Assembly: GCA_038252405.1 (NCBI GenBank)
Contig: JBBSAJ010000008.1
Coordinates: forward strand, 26,866 to 90,865
DNA length: 64,000 nucleotides
From: Actinomycetes bacterium
GTDB taxonomy: Bacteria > Actinomycetota > Actinomycetes > Prado026
Reading direction: 5' to 3'
A program made the position numbers and the translations under genes. This document shows positions 10,381 through 20,036 of the stretch, in pieces. Under the pieces are notes generated by a model, which saw only the letters and a program-made list of their open reading frames with translations, ran no database searches and was not told the origin of the DNA. Each line of letters opens with the position of its first letter. Position 1 is the first letter of the stretch.

Positions 10381-11283
10381 TCAGGCCTGGGTGCTGTCGC
10401 CCTCGGGGGTCGCCTCGGGGGTCGCCTCGGGGGTCGCCTCGGGGGTCGCCTCGGCGGTCGCCTCGGGGGTCGCCTCGGCAGCCTCAGCGGCAACCGGCTC
10501 GGAGCCGACCAGCAGGTCGCGCTCCCAGTCCGCTAGCGGCTCGTCCGTGCCGAGGTCGGCCCCGGCCGGCTTGGCGTCGCCCGCCGCGGCGCCGGCCCGG
10601 GCCATCAGGCCCTCCGCCACGCCGTCCGCAACCACACGGGTGAGCAGGCCGACAGCGCGGATCGCGTCGTCGTTGCCAGGGATCGGGTAGTCGACCTCGT
10701 CCGGGTCGCAGTTCGTGTCGAGGATGGCCACCACCGGGATGCCGAGCTTTCGGGCCTCGGCGATCGCGATGTGCTCCTTCTTGGTGTCGACGATCCACAC
10801 CGCGCTCGGAACCCGCTGCATGTCGCGGATACCGCCGAGGGTCTTCTCCAGCTTGACCTTCTCGCGCTTGAGGACGAGCAGCTCCTTCTTGGTGATGCCG
10901 GAGCCGGAGACGTCGTCGAAGTCGATGACCTCGAGCTCCTTGAGCCGCTGCAGCCGCTTGTGCACGGTGGAGAAGTTGGTGAGCATGCCGCCCAGCCAGC
11001 GCTGGTTCACGTAGGGCATGCCGACCCGGGTGGCCTGATCGGCGATGGCCTCCTGAGCCTGCTTCTTGGTGCCGATGAACATGACCGACCCGCCGTGCGC
11101 GACGGTCTCCTTGATGAAGTCGTACGCGCGGTCGATGTAGGACAGCGACTGCTGCAGGTCGATGATGTAGATGCCGTTGCGCTCGGTGAAGATGAACCGC
11201 TTCATCTTCGGGTTCCACCGACGGGTCTGGTGCCCGAAGTGGACGCCGCTCTCGAGCAGCTGCTTCATGGTGACGACGGCCAT
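10381..11283 (-). CDS. rpsB: 30S ribosomal protein S2 with repetitive acidic C-tail
   Basis: [22 protein letters not shown] and IPGNDDAIR. Confidence 0.97.
   Translation of the reverse strand: MAVVTMKQLLESGVHFGHQTRRWNPKMKRFIFTERNGIYIIDLQQSLSYIDRAYDFIKETVAHGGSVMFIGTKKQAQEAIADQATRVGMPYVNQRWLGGMLTNFSTVHKRLQRLKELEVIDFDDVSGSGITKKELLVLKREKVKLEKTLGGIRDMQRVPSAVWIVDTKKEHIAIAEARKLGIPVVAILDTNCDPDEVDYPIPGNDDAIRAVGLLTRVVADGVAEGLMARAGAAAGDAKPAGADLGTDEPLADWERDLLVGSEPVAAEAAEATPEATAEATPEATPEATPEATPEGDSTQA
10403..10474. repeat. Six tandem 12-bp units encoding the (EATP)n tail of S2
   Basis: TCGGGGGTCGCC x6, one unit with a single substitution. Confidence 0.9.
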
Positions 11284-11515
11284 GGCCGTGGCACTCCTCA
11301 CGCGCCCGGACGGGCGCAGGCTCGGTTCCAGCATCCGGGCAGGTGCCCGGGTGCCCCTGACGCCCTGCTCGCGGCCGGTCCCCTCGCAGGCGAGGGACCG
11401 AGCGGCCGCCCGCGGCCGTGCTGGCCCGCGGGAGGGCGTGCGAATTTGGCCGACATGGCTGCCGGTCCGGGAGCAGTCTACGCGACGCCACCGGGCGGGA
11501 GCGAACCGCGAGGGC

Positions 11516-11544
11516 CGCCGTCCACAGCCCGGCGCCGTCCACAG
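11516..11544 (+). promoter_or_regulatory. Tandem CGCCGTCCACAG x2 (17-bp period) upstream of the M23 peptidase
   Basis: Two identical 12-mers at 11516 and 11533; a similar pair lies upstream of yraN. Confidence 0.55.
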
Positions 11545-11596
11545 CAGACCGAGCGCTGCCCACGCTCGACCCGGTCGCGACGCCACCGTGGTCGGC

Positions 11597-12352
11597 ATGA
11601 CGCAGCACACGGACCGGGCGGCCCACGGGTGGCTCGCGATGGGCTGTCGGGGCTGGGCGGTCGGCTCGGCCCTGCTCGCCGCGGTGGCCGGCTGGGGCGC
11701 CGGGCCCGCCGCGGCCGACACCTGGGTACCACCACTGCCGGTCGCCGTGGCCGACCGCTTCGACCCACCGGACCAGCCCTGGCTGGCCGGGCACCGAGGC
11801 GTCGACCTGCTGGCGGAAGCGGGGACCGTGGTCCGGGCCGCCGGTGCGGGGCAGGTGGGCTTCGCCGGGCCCCTGGCCGGGCGGGGCGTGGTCGTCGTGG
11901 TGCACGGTGCGCTGCGCACCACCTACGAACCGGTCACCGCGACCGTCTCCGTGGGCGACCGGGTGGCGGCCAGGGAGCCGATCGGCGTCCTGGACCCAGC
12001 GGTCGTGCACTGCGAGGGGCGCGCCTGCCTGCACTGGGGCCTGTTGCGCGGGACGACGTACCTCGACCCGCTCGCCCTGCTCGGGCCGACACGGGTGCGG
12101 CTGCTGCCGTTCTCGGCCGGGGACGGGGACTCGGCCAGGCCCGGCGGCGGCGCACCTCCGGTGGCCCGCGGCGGACGCGATGCGGCGGCGCCGGGCGGCG
12201 TCGCGGCGCCGGCCCGACCGGGGGCCCGGCCCGTGACGACACCTGCCGCAGTCCCGCTGCTGGCGGGCGCGGGCGTCGTGCTGGCCGGGACTGCCGTGGG
12301 TCTGGCTCGGCGCCGGCGGGCCCCATCGGGACGCCCCTCCCGATCGGGGTGA
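11597..12352 (+). CDS. M23 family metallopeptidase with N- and C-terminal hydrophobic segments
   Basis: GHRGVDL (HxxxD) and CLHWG (HxH-like); usual position next to rpsB in actinomycetes. Confidence 0.88.
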   Translation: MTQHTDRAAHGWLAMGCRGWAVGSALLAAVAGWGAGPAAADTWVPPLPVAVADRFDPPDQPWLAGHRGVDLLAEAGTVVRAAGAGQVGFAGPLAGRGVVVVVHGALRTTYEPVTATVSVGDRVAAREPIGVLDPAVVHCEGRACLHWGLLRGTTYLDPLALLGPTRVRLLPFSAGDGDSARPGGGAPPVARGGRDAAAPGGVAAPARPGARPVTTPAAVPLLAGAGVVLAGTAVGLARRRRAPSGRPSRSG

Positions 12353-13365
12353 CCCGGCCCGCCGTGCTGCCTACGGTGGGGGTCGTGCACCGCGAACGCG
12401 CCATGGCCGCCTGGGAGTCTCTCGAGCGGGCCTGCCTGCGCACCGACCGGACCGGGGTCTCGCTGCGGGAACCGGCGCACGGACTGCACCGATCCCGGGC
12501 CAGCAACGCCTGGCCGTTGAGCCAAGTGCTGCACGCGACCGCCCTGCTGCGTGCGATCGGGGTGCCGGCCCCGTTCCAGCCGCTGTTGGCGACGCTGCGG
12601 CGGTACCGCTCGGGCGACGGCTACTCGGCCGCGCCGGGGGGCGGGCCGCGCTACTACGACGACAACGCCTGGCTCGGGCTGGCCGCCATCCAGGGGGGTC
12701 AGGTCGAGCTGGCCCGGTCGGTGCTGGGCTTCGTCGAGCAGGGCTGGACGCCAGGCGGCGGCGTCCGGTGGCGGGAGGACCTGCGGTCGGTGCACGCCTG
12801 CTCGACCGGGGCGGCCGGGCTGCTGGCGCTGGCCGCCGCTCCGGCGGCCTCCGGCGCGGTCGGGCGGGCCGAGCGGGCGCTGGCCTTCCTGGAGGGGCCG
12901 CTGCGGCGACCGGACGGGCTGGTGGCCGACCACGTCGATGCCGACGGCCGTCTGGAACCCACAGTCTGGTCGTACAACCAGGGACTGACCATCGGCCTGC
13001 ATGTCGAGCTGGCCGCCCGCGCACGCCCGGCGGGTGACCTCGACCGCGCCCGCGAGCTGGCCGACGCGACGCTGCAGCACTTCGACCCCGACGACGGGCT
13101 GTGGCACCAGCCGGCGGCCTTCAACGCGGTGCTCCTGCGGCTGCTGCTCCGGCTGCACGCGGCGGACGGCGACCCACGCTGGCCGCGGGTCGTGGACGAC
13201 TACCTGGAACGGGCCTGGGCCTCGGCCCGCGACCCGGAGACCGGGCTGTTCGTCGGCGGAGGGATCGGCCGCTACGACGACGGGGTCGCCCTGGACCAGG
13301 CGGGGCTGCTCCAGCTGTTCGCTCTTCGGGTCATGCCACCGCAGCAGTGGGCGACGGTGCGCTGA
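12349..13365 (+). CDS. Glycoside hydrolase family 76-like protein
   Basis: YYDDNAWLGLA and WSYNQG; GTGA overlap with the M23 stop (alternative start ATG 12403). Confidence 0.8.
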   Translation: MTRPAVLPTVGVVHRERAMAAWESLERACLRTDRTGVSLREPAHGLHRSRASNAWPLSQVLHATALLRAIGVPAPFQPLLATLRRYRSGDGYSAAPGGGPRYYDDNAWLGLAAIQGGQVELARSVLGFVEQGWTPGGGVRWREDLRSVHACSTGAAGLLALAAAPAASGAVGRAERALAFLEGPLRRPDGLVADHVDADGRLEPTVWSYNQGLTIGLHVELAARARPAGDLDRARELADATLQHFDPDDGLWHQPAAFNAVLLRLLLRLHAADGDPRWPRVVDDYLERAWASARDPETGLFVGGGIGRYDDGVALDQAGLLQLFALRVMPPQQWATVR

Positions 13366-13368
13366 GCG

Positions 13369-14295
13369 TCAGTCCTCGTCGTGCTGCTCGGCCAGCTTGC
13401 CGCGCAGCTGCAGCACGGCCTTGGTGTGCATCTGGCAGATCCGGCTCTCGGTGACCCCGAGGACCTGGCCGATCTCGGCCAGGGTCAACCCCTCGTAGTA
13501 GTACAGCGTGACGACGATCTTCTCCCGCTCGGGCAGCGTGTTGATCGCCTTGGCGAGCAGGTACTTGGTCTCCTCGGACTCGAACGCCGACACCGGGTCC
13601 TCGGCGCGGGTGTCCTCCAAAGTGTCGACCAGGCTGAGCTTGTCGCCCTTCTCGCCACCGACGCTGAGCAGCTCGTCGAGGGCCACGACGTTCACGAAGG
13701 ACACCTGGCTGAAGATCTGGTGCAGATCCTCCAGCGCGATGCCCATCTCGGCGGCCACCTCGGCCTCGGTGGGCGTGCGGTGCAGAGACGACTCGAGGCT
13801 CGCGTACGCCTTCTCCACCTCGCGGGCCTTGTACCGGATCGACCGCGGGATCCAGTCGATGGCCCGCAGCTCGTCGATGATCGCGCCGCGGATCCGGCTG
13901 ATCGCGTACGTCTCGAACTTGATCGCCCGGTCGAGGTCGAACTTCACGATCGCGTCGATGAGCCCGAAGATGCCGTAGGAGACCAGATCGGCCTGCTCGA
14001 TGTTCGGCGGCAGTCCGACGCCGACCCGACCGGCCACGTACTTGACCAGCGGCGAGTAGTGCAGGATCAGCCGCTCCCGCAGCTGTTGGCCGCCGGTCGC
14101 CTTGAAGTCGCGCCACAGCTGCTGCAGCGCGACCTCGGCATCGGCCTTGTCGGCGGCCGCCTCAGCTGCCGCGGCGGCGACGGGGTCGACGGGCGCGGCG
14201 TCGGTGTCGGCGTCGTCCAGGTCGGCACCGACCACGGCGAGGTCGTCCTCGGCCGTGACGGCCCCACCGTCAGGCTCGGGGGTGCGCCCGCTCAT
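13369..14295 (-). CDS. whiG: FliA/WhiG family RNA polymerase sigma factor
   Basis: [28 protein letters not shown] and [12 protein letters not shown]. Confidence 0.9.
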   Translation of the reverse strand: MSGRTPEPDGGAVTAEDDLAVVGADLDDADTDAAPVDPVAAAAAEAAADKADAEVALQQLWRDFKATGGQQLRERLILHYSPLVKYVAGRVGVGLPPNIEQADLVSYGIFGLIDAIVKFDLDRAIKFETYAISRIRGAIIDELRAIDWIPRSIRYKAREVEKAYASLESSLHRTPTEAEVAAEMGIALEDLHQIFSQVSFVNVVALDELLSVGGEKGDKLSLVDTLEDTRAEDPVSAFESEETKYLLAKAINTLPEREKIVVTLYYYEGLTLAEIGQVLGVTESRICQMHTKAVLQLRGKLAEQHDED

Positions 14296-15238
14296 ACGTG
14301 GTCCTCAACCTTTCGACTGACACATGGGTGTAGATCTGCGTGGTGGCGAGCGTAGCGTGGCCGAGCAGCTCCTGGACGGAGCGGAGGTCCGCGCCCCCCT
14401 CGAGCAGGTGCGTGGCCGCCGAGTGCCGCAGCCCGTGTGGACCCACGTCGGGCGCGTCCGGCACCGACCGTAGTCGCTGGTGCACCAGCTCGCGGACCGC
14501 GCGGACGCCCAGCCGCTGGCCGCGTGCCCCGAGGAACAGCGCTGGGCCGCTCGCCGCGGTCACCAGGGCGGGCCGGCCGCGGCTGAGCCAGTCGGTCACG
14601 GCACGGGCCGCCGGCAGGCCGATCGGCACGGTGCGCTCCTTGCGCCCCTTCCCGAGGACCCTCAGCACCCGCCGCTCGAGGTCGACGTCGTCAACGTCGA
14701 GGCCGACCAGCTCGCTGACCCGGATGCCGGACGCGTAGAGCACCTCGAGCACCGCGCGGTCCCGCAGATGGCCCGGCTCGCCGTCGTCGGCGGCGACCGC
14801 AGCCACTTCGAGCAGCTGGCGGGCGTGCTCCTGGTGCAGCACCGCCGGCAGGGTGCGATGAGGGCGGGGCGCCGCCAGCAGCCGGGCCGGGTCCTCGACG
14901 AGCAGCCCACGGCGCACCGCCCAGGAGGTGAAGGTGCGGGCCGCGGCGGCCCGCCGGGCCAGGGTGCTGCGGGCCGCTCCCCCGGCGGACTGGGCAGCCA
15001 GCCAGGAGCGCAGCAGGGCCAGGTCGAGGCCGTCCAGGCCGGCGACGCCTCGGCGCGCGGCGAAGGTCAACAGCGACGTGACATCACCGGCGTAGGCGCG
15101 CACGGTGTGCGCCGACAGGTCACGCTCGGCCGACAGGTGTGCCCGGAACCCCTCCAGCGCCTCGGCCGGGCCGGGCGGGAGGTCCAGCGCGCCGTGGGCC
15201 GGCGTCGCGGCCCCCCCGGGCCGGACGTCACGGGTCAT
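14270..15238 (-). CDS. xerC: Tyrosine recombinase XerC
   Basis: [30 protein letters not shown] and YTH; synteny with dprA. Confidence 0.92.
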   Translation of the reverse strand: MTRDVRPGGAATPAHGALDLPPGPAEALEGFRAHLSAERDLSAHTVRAYAGDVTSLLTFAARRGVAGLDGLDLALLRSWLAAQSAGGAARSTLARRAAAARTFTSWAVRRGLLVEDPARLLAAPRPHRTLPAVLHQEHARQLLEVAAVAADDGEPGHLRDRAVLEVLYASGIRVSELVGLDVDDVDLERRVLRVLGKGRKERTVPIGLPAARAVTDWLSRGRPALVTAASGPALFLGARGQRLGVRAVRELVHQRLRSVPDAPDVGPHGLRHSAATHLLEGGADLRSVQELLGHATLATTQIYTHVSVERLRTTYERAHPRA

Positions 15239-15269
15239 GGGGTCACCGTCGGTCGGATCGGGACCTAGG

Positions 15270-16451
15270 TCAAGCACCGCCACGCGGCGGCGGGTCGGGA
15301 TCGTCCGAACGGCCAGGGGTCTCCGCCAACCGGTACCCCCCGGCCGCTCCCTCCACCAGGCCCAGCAGCTCGAGCTGCCGGATCCGTTGGAGCACCAGGT
15401 CGAGGGACAGCCCGGACACCGATGCCAGCTTGGCTGGGAGGCTGGGCCGCCGGACCGGCACCGCCTCCAGCACCCGCAGCGCCACCGGGTCGAGCAGGTC
15501 CTCGGGCCGGGTCTTGCCAGCAGTCGGCGGCGGCAGAGCCAGCCCGTCGGTGAGCGAGCCGACCAGCTCGACGATCTCGCCGGCGTGGGTGACCAGTGCC
15601 GCCCCGAGGTCGCGGATCTCGTGGTGACAACCGGCCGACATCACCGAGGTCACCGGCCCAGGCACGGCCATCACCTCCCGGGAGAGCGACCGGGCCCAGC
15701 CCGCCGTGTTGCGCGCCCCGCTGCGCAGTGCGGCCTCGACCAGGACGGTGCCCCGGGTCAGCGCGGCGATCAGCCGGTTGCGGTCGAGGAACCGGGCCCG
15801 GGTCGGATGGCACCCCGGGGGCAGCTCACTGACCAGCAGCCCCTCGGCGGCGATCCGGCCGAACAGGGCGTCGTGCCCGCGCGGGTAGGCCACGTCAACG
15901 CTGTTGGCCAGCACCGCCACAGTCGAACCGGCGCCGGCCAGCACCCCGCGGTGCGCGGCCGCGTCGATGCCGTAGGCGCCGCCGGAGACCACTGCCCACC
16001 CGGCGTCCGCGAGGCCGGCTCCCAGCTCGGCCGCCACATGCGTGCCGTACGCGGTGGCCGCCCGGGACCCCACCATTGCCACCGACCGCAGCGCGGCGAA
16101 CCGCAGGTTGCCGGGGCCGCGCACCCACAAGGCCAGCGGCGGAGCGGTCGGGCCCCTGGCCCCGACCGAGCCGGCCAGGTCCTCAAGCTGGCTGGGCCAC
16201 TCCAGGTCGCCGGGCACGACCAGCCGGGTGCCCGTGCGCCCGGCCCGGTCGAGGTCGCGTTCGGGGTCGGCGTCGGACAGCCGGGCCCGGTAGTGCTCGA
16301 CCCCGGGCAGCCCCGGGTCACCGGCCCGGACCTGCTGCAGCACCTCGAACGCCCCGAACCGCTGCACCCGTTGCCACAACAGGGGGTCGTTGGGCTCGGC
16401 CAGCCGACACAGCGCGGCCCTGGCGACCCGGTCGTCGTCCGGGCCGGTCAT
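15270..16451 (-). CDS. dprA: DNA-processing protein DprA
   Basis: [32 protein letters not shown] and VEAALRSGA; ATGA overlap with the comM stop. Confidence 0.94.
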   Translation of the reverse strand: MTGPDDDRVARAALCRLAEPNDPLLWQRVQRFGAFEVLQQVRAGDPGLPGVEHYRARLSDADPERDLDRAGRTGTRLVVPGDLEWPSQLEDLAGSVGARGPTAPPLALWVRGPGNLRFAALRSVAMVGSRAATAYGTHVAAELGAGLADAGWAVVSGGAYGIDAAAHRGVLAGAGSTVAVLANSVDVAYPRGHDALFGRIAAEGLLVSELPPGCHPTRARFLDRNRLIAALTRGTVLVEAALRSGARNTAGWARSLSREVMAVPGPVTSVMSAGCHHEIRDLGAALVTHAGEIVELVGSLTDGLALPPPTAGKTRPEDLLDPVALRVLEAVPVRRPSLPAKLASVSGLSLDLVLQRIRQLELLGLVEGAAGGYRLAETPGRSDDPDPPPRGGA

Positions 16452-17087
16452 GCCGCGGCCCCCGGGATCGCGGCACTGGTCCGTAGGTCGATGGCCTGCA
16501 GCACCTCGGGCACGCCCGGCTGGTCCCGGCCGGCGAGGTCGGCGAGGGTCCAGGCCACACGTAGCACCCGGTCGACGCCGCGGGCGGTCAGCCGGCCGCG
16601 GCCGAACGCGTCGTGGAGCGGCGCCAGCGCGGCCGGGGGCAGCCGCCAACGGGGTCCGCGCAGCTCGACGCCCGGCACCCGCGCGTTGCAGGCCCAGGGG
16701 GTGCCCAGCCAGCGCTGTTCGGCACGCTCCCGCGCGGCGAGCACCCGGCGAGCCACCGCGGCCGACGGCTCGTGCCGACCGGCGTCCAGCAGCTCGACCC
16801 GGCTCGGCTGGGTGACACCGACCACCAGGTCGATCCGGTCGAGCAGTGGCCCGGACAGCCGCCCGGTGTAGCGCATCTTCTGGATCGGGGTGCAGGAGCA
16901 CGCGGCCGGCTGGCCCGGCACCACGACGCCGGACAGCCCGCACGGACAGGGGTTCGCAGCCAGCACCAGTTGGAACCGGGCCGGGTAGCGGACGCTGCCC
17001 CTCGATCGGTCGAGCACCACCTCGCCGGACTCCAGCGGCTGGCGCAGCGAGTCGAGCACGCCGGCCGCGAACTCCGGCGCCTCGTCG
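16448..17087 (-). pseudogene. comM: 3' half of the split comM/yifB (Mg-chelatase-like AAA+ ATPase)
   Basis: DEAPEFAAGVLDSLRQPLESG, LAANPCPCG and LSGPLLDRID; in-frame TAG four codons upstream, inside the element arm. Confidence 0.92.
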
Positions 17088-17107
17088 TGTGAATGCTATT
17101 CGCACCC
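17079..17107. other. Left attachment junction: 9-bp core GCCTCGTCG plus 20-bp arm
   Basis: Core 17079-17087; arm TGTGAATGCTATTCGCACCC 17088-17107. Confidence 0.85.
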
Positions 17108-17157
17108 TACCGGCAGGGGCTGTGGGGTAGGTCCCTGGCGAGCCCGAGGCTCTATTT

Positions 17158-18039
17158 CTACGTCAGTACGTCTACCAGTTCCGCGGTTGCCAGGAGCGGC
17201 CAGGAGCATCGGGGCCGCCCCGCAGGCGTCGTCCCTGTCGGTGACGCAGAGAAGCTGACGCAGGACCAGTGACGTTCTGCCGGAATAGGAGAGGACCCCG
17301 TTGCGGGGAAGTTCAGCAGCTGCGCCGGCTCCACGCGGTCGATCCCGGCTGTCGGAGGCGTTCTCGCCGCTGCGACCGTCCCGGGCTTCCCTTTGCTGAC
17401 CGAGACGTGCTCGACGATGCTCTTGCCGAAAGACTCAGCGACCCACTTGTCAAACCGGAAGGGACCAATTCTTCTCGTCAAGACCCGGAGCTTCTCGTCA
17501 GGACCCGGACACACCCGACCCGCAGGCCAGCAGTGATGTGGCGCTTGACGTGGCGATGCCGCTGAGGTTCCCGTACGGCGTCCCGGTGAATTCGGGCGGA
17601 ATGATAGTTGTAGGAGCCTGTGCCATTGTTTGGACAACCGTAGGACCAGTGAGCGCTTACGTCAGCGTAGCCCGACTCGGGGGGTGTTGCCCGCGTAGCT
17701 GTAGGCTCGATACTTGGACTAACTGCTTCGCTCAAGCCAGGTGTAGGTGATCCTGATCAGGTCCGTGGCGCTGGTTCTCGACTGCTTGCCCCGGCCGGTC
17801 ACGGGATCTCCCTCAAGGTGATAGCTGCGGACCGCGTTCGCCACAGCCTGCCCAAGACGGACCACGTTGGCTCCGCCGTTTGCGGCAACACCCCGCTCAA
17901 TCAAGAAGACGACAGACTGCCCCTCGGTGACCCTGGCGCTCGACTCGGTCGTATCCGTATCGCGCCGAAGATGCATGGACTGGGTCCGGTAGTCGTAGGT
18001 GGTGTCGGTTCGGGACAAGACCACGTCCGAGCGCGACAA
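17158..18039 (-). pseudogene. Possible degraded gene of unknown function inside the element
   Basis: Staggered ORFs 17719-18039, 17478-17735 and 17158-17637; the last two join in frame if one copy of a 20-bp tandem duplication (17471-17510) is removed. Confidence 0.3.
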
Positions 18040-18267
18040 AGCACCGGTCGACCGGTGCCCGTGGGCGAAGTGGGCCGCGTCCCGGTCGTGCGTCGTGGGG
18101 GCCGCGCTCGATCGTGGTGCTTGTCGCCCCGGCGCGATGGTGATGGCTGTCCTAGGGGTAGGTCACGCGGTGAGGATCGACATGCGGAGCCGCCGCTCCC
18201 GCCGCAGTGGGGCTGAACAGCGCCGCGACGACGGCTGCGAGGCAGGCGGCAAGGCGTCGAAGGAAGA

Positions 18268-18726
18268 TCATTCGATCGACACCTTGAATACGAGTCGACC
18301 GAAGTCCGGCTCAAGCCCAATGTCGGTGCAGGAGTATCGCCGTGAACCATCCGGAAGCACCTCGACGAACATCCCCGACGTTTCACTCTGAGATTCGAAC
18401 CGACCGCGGCCCCGACCCGAGTCCCAGACGTTGTAGATCACCAGCCGCCCATCCGTCTGCCCTACCTCGATCACCGACCGGGTTGGTGCGGAGTCGCTCC
18501 AGAGAACCAGCGACGGACTCGAAGTTCCGGCGACAACAAGCTGGCCAGCCGTAGCGAGAAACACGCCCTGTCGCCAACGAGGTCCGACAGACTCGAAGAT
18601 AAGAGTGATCCGCTGGCCTGGCGAGATCGGCAGCGCTTCGATCTTGACGGCTGGCTGACCGTCCGGGCCGCTAACGGACTTGCTCAGGGTCCTGTCGGGG
18701 AGCCGGGCCGGACCGAACGAAGTCAT
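18268..18726 (-). CDS. Candidate immunity protein (152 aa)
   Basis: Directly downstream of the toxin with ATGA overlap; protein-like composition; family not recognised. Confidence 0.65.
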   Translation of the reverse strand: MTSFGPARLPDRTLSKSVSGPDGQPAVKIEALPISPGQRITLIFESVGPRWRQGVFLATAGQLVVAGTSSPSLVLWSDSAPTRSVIEVGQTDGRLVIYNVWDSGRGRGRFESQSETSGMFVEVLPDGSRRYSCTDIGLEPDFGRLVFKVSIE

Positions 18727-20036
18727 GGCGTCGGTCCTGTGTAGAAGCGGAACGGATCAACTGCGGCATGCTCCCAGGGCCACAGCGGTTCCAGGTTGTC
18801 GAGGGTGTGCCCTCCGCCCTGCCACCTCGGGACGATGTGGTTCAGCTCCTTTGGCACACCGAGTTCATCCTGCAGCGGAGGCTTCCCGGCCTCCATGCGG
18901 GCTAGGTTCGACGCACTGTACTCGCCTTCGAGGGCGTCGTTAGCTGCGTTCTTCCAGTACCTCGCACGAACCGTGGACCACGATGGCGAGTTCCCAGCCC
19001 TCGTCAAGTTCTCGATTGGATCGCCGACCCTCCAGCCAGTTGCTGCGGTGTCTGCGGCGCGCCGCCGCAGAACGTCCTGAATGACGGACATCCGCGGGGT
19101 GGTGATGTTGTCGCCGATCATGGCCAGCTGGTTCTCGGTCAGCTGACTGACGTCGTAGCACTTCGTCTGCCAGTCCTCGGAGGCGTTGGCCCGCTCGTGG
19201 AAGCAGTACTTCCCATCCAGCTGCCCGATGAACTCCCGCTCAGGCTCCGGGCCGGTCATGTGGAGGATCGGAAGGGTGTATGCGGGCGGGACCTGCAGGC
19301 TCTCCGGGATGCTGTAGACCGAGACGGCCAGGTCGCTGCCGCTGTGCGTGTTGGCGGCGGGGGTGGTGGAGGCAGTCGGCAGCGGGGTCGTGGCCGGCGG
19401 CAGCGGCGGCGGCGGGGTCCCGGTGATGATCGGGACCGGGATCTCGTCCGGCTTGGGGGTGGTGCAGTGCCCGCTGACGAGGACCTCACCGGCCGGGCAC
19501 TGGGTGCCGTGCCCGCTCGCGGGTGTCTTGGTGCCGGTGGACACGCCCCCGGTGGCCTTCGTCTTGGCCTTGGTCGGCGCGCTTGGCTTCGCCGTGGTTG
19601 TCCGGCCCGCGGGGTGCGCGTGGGACCCGCTGCTGCTGCTGGAGGACGACGTTCGGGTGCCTGTCGAGATGGCCTGTGCCGCGCGCGCGATCGCGGCAGC
19701 GCTGTAGAACCCGGCGGTGCGCTCGCTCATTGCCATCGCGTCGCCGCTACGCTCGGAAAGTGCAGCGACCTGCTCAGCGCTGACGACGGTTCCCTCCCCG
19801 GCCACCTCTTGCGCCCGGATCTCCGCGGCGGTGGCCTGCGCCACGTCCGCCTCGTAGTTGGTCTCGCTCAGGCGGATGTCTGCCGGCGTGACCCAGACGG
19901 GAAGTCCGCCAGCCGGCTCTCCGCCGCCCGCCCAGCCTGCTCGCAGCCCGGACGGGTCGTTGTTGCTGACCGGGTTGCCGCCGGCGTACGCGTACGGGTT
20001 GCCGGCGTTGACCAAGGTCGTGGGAGGTGAACGCAC
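18723..20036 (-). CDS. Rhs C-terminal part: core end, Pro/Thr linker and HNH/EndoVII-like nuclease toxin
   Basis: NPYAYAGGNPVSNNDPSGL (Rhs DPxG motif); tip ...KELNHIVPRWQGGGHTLDNLEPLWPWEHAAVDPFR. Confidence 0.75.
   Translation of the reverse strand: MRSPPTTLVNAGNPYAYAGGNPVSNNDPSGLRAGWAGGGEPAGGLPVWVTPADIRLSETNYEADVAQATAAEIRAQEVAGEGTVVSAEQVAALSERSGDAMAMSERTAGFYSAAAIARAAQAISTGTRTSSSSSSSGSHAHPAGRTTTAKPSAPTKAKTKATGGVSTGTKTPASGHGTQCPAGEVLVSGHCTTPKPDEIPVPIITGTPPPPLPPATTPLPTASTTPAANTHSGSDLAVSVYSIPESLQVPPAYTLPILHMTGPEPEREFIGQLDGKYCFHERANASEDWQTKCYDVSQLTENQLAMIGDNITTPRMSVIQDVLRRRAADTAATGWRVGDPIENLTRAGNSPSWSTVRARYWKNAANDALEGEYSASNLARMEAGKPPLQDELGVPKELNHIVPRWQGGGHTLDNLEPLWPWEHAAVDPFRFYTGPTP

Noticed and set aside
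10403-10474. CRISPR-like repeats
   Set aside because: Contiguous 12-bp units without spacers, inside rpsB; no cas genes in the window.
14270-15238. xerC as the integrase of the comM element
   Set aside because: It lies outside the att sites in its normal dprA-linked position, and the arms do not resemble dif.
17103-17133. CCTACC...GGTAGG hairpin just inside the left arm, with GGGGTAGGTC recurring near 18155
   Set aside because: Short stem with a large loop and only a 10-bp match, compatible with chance.
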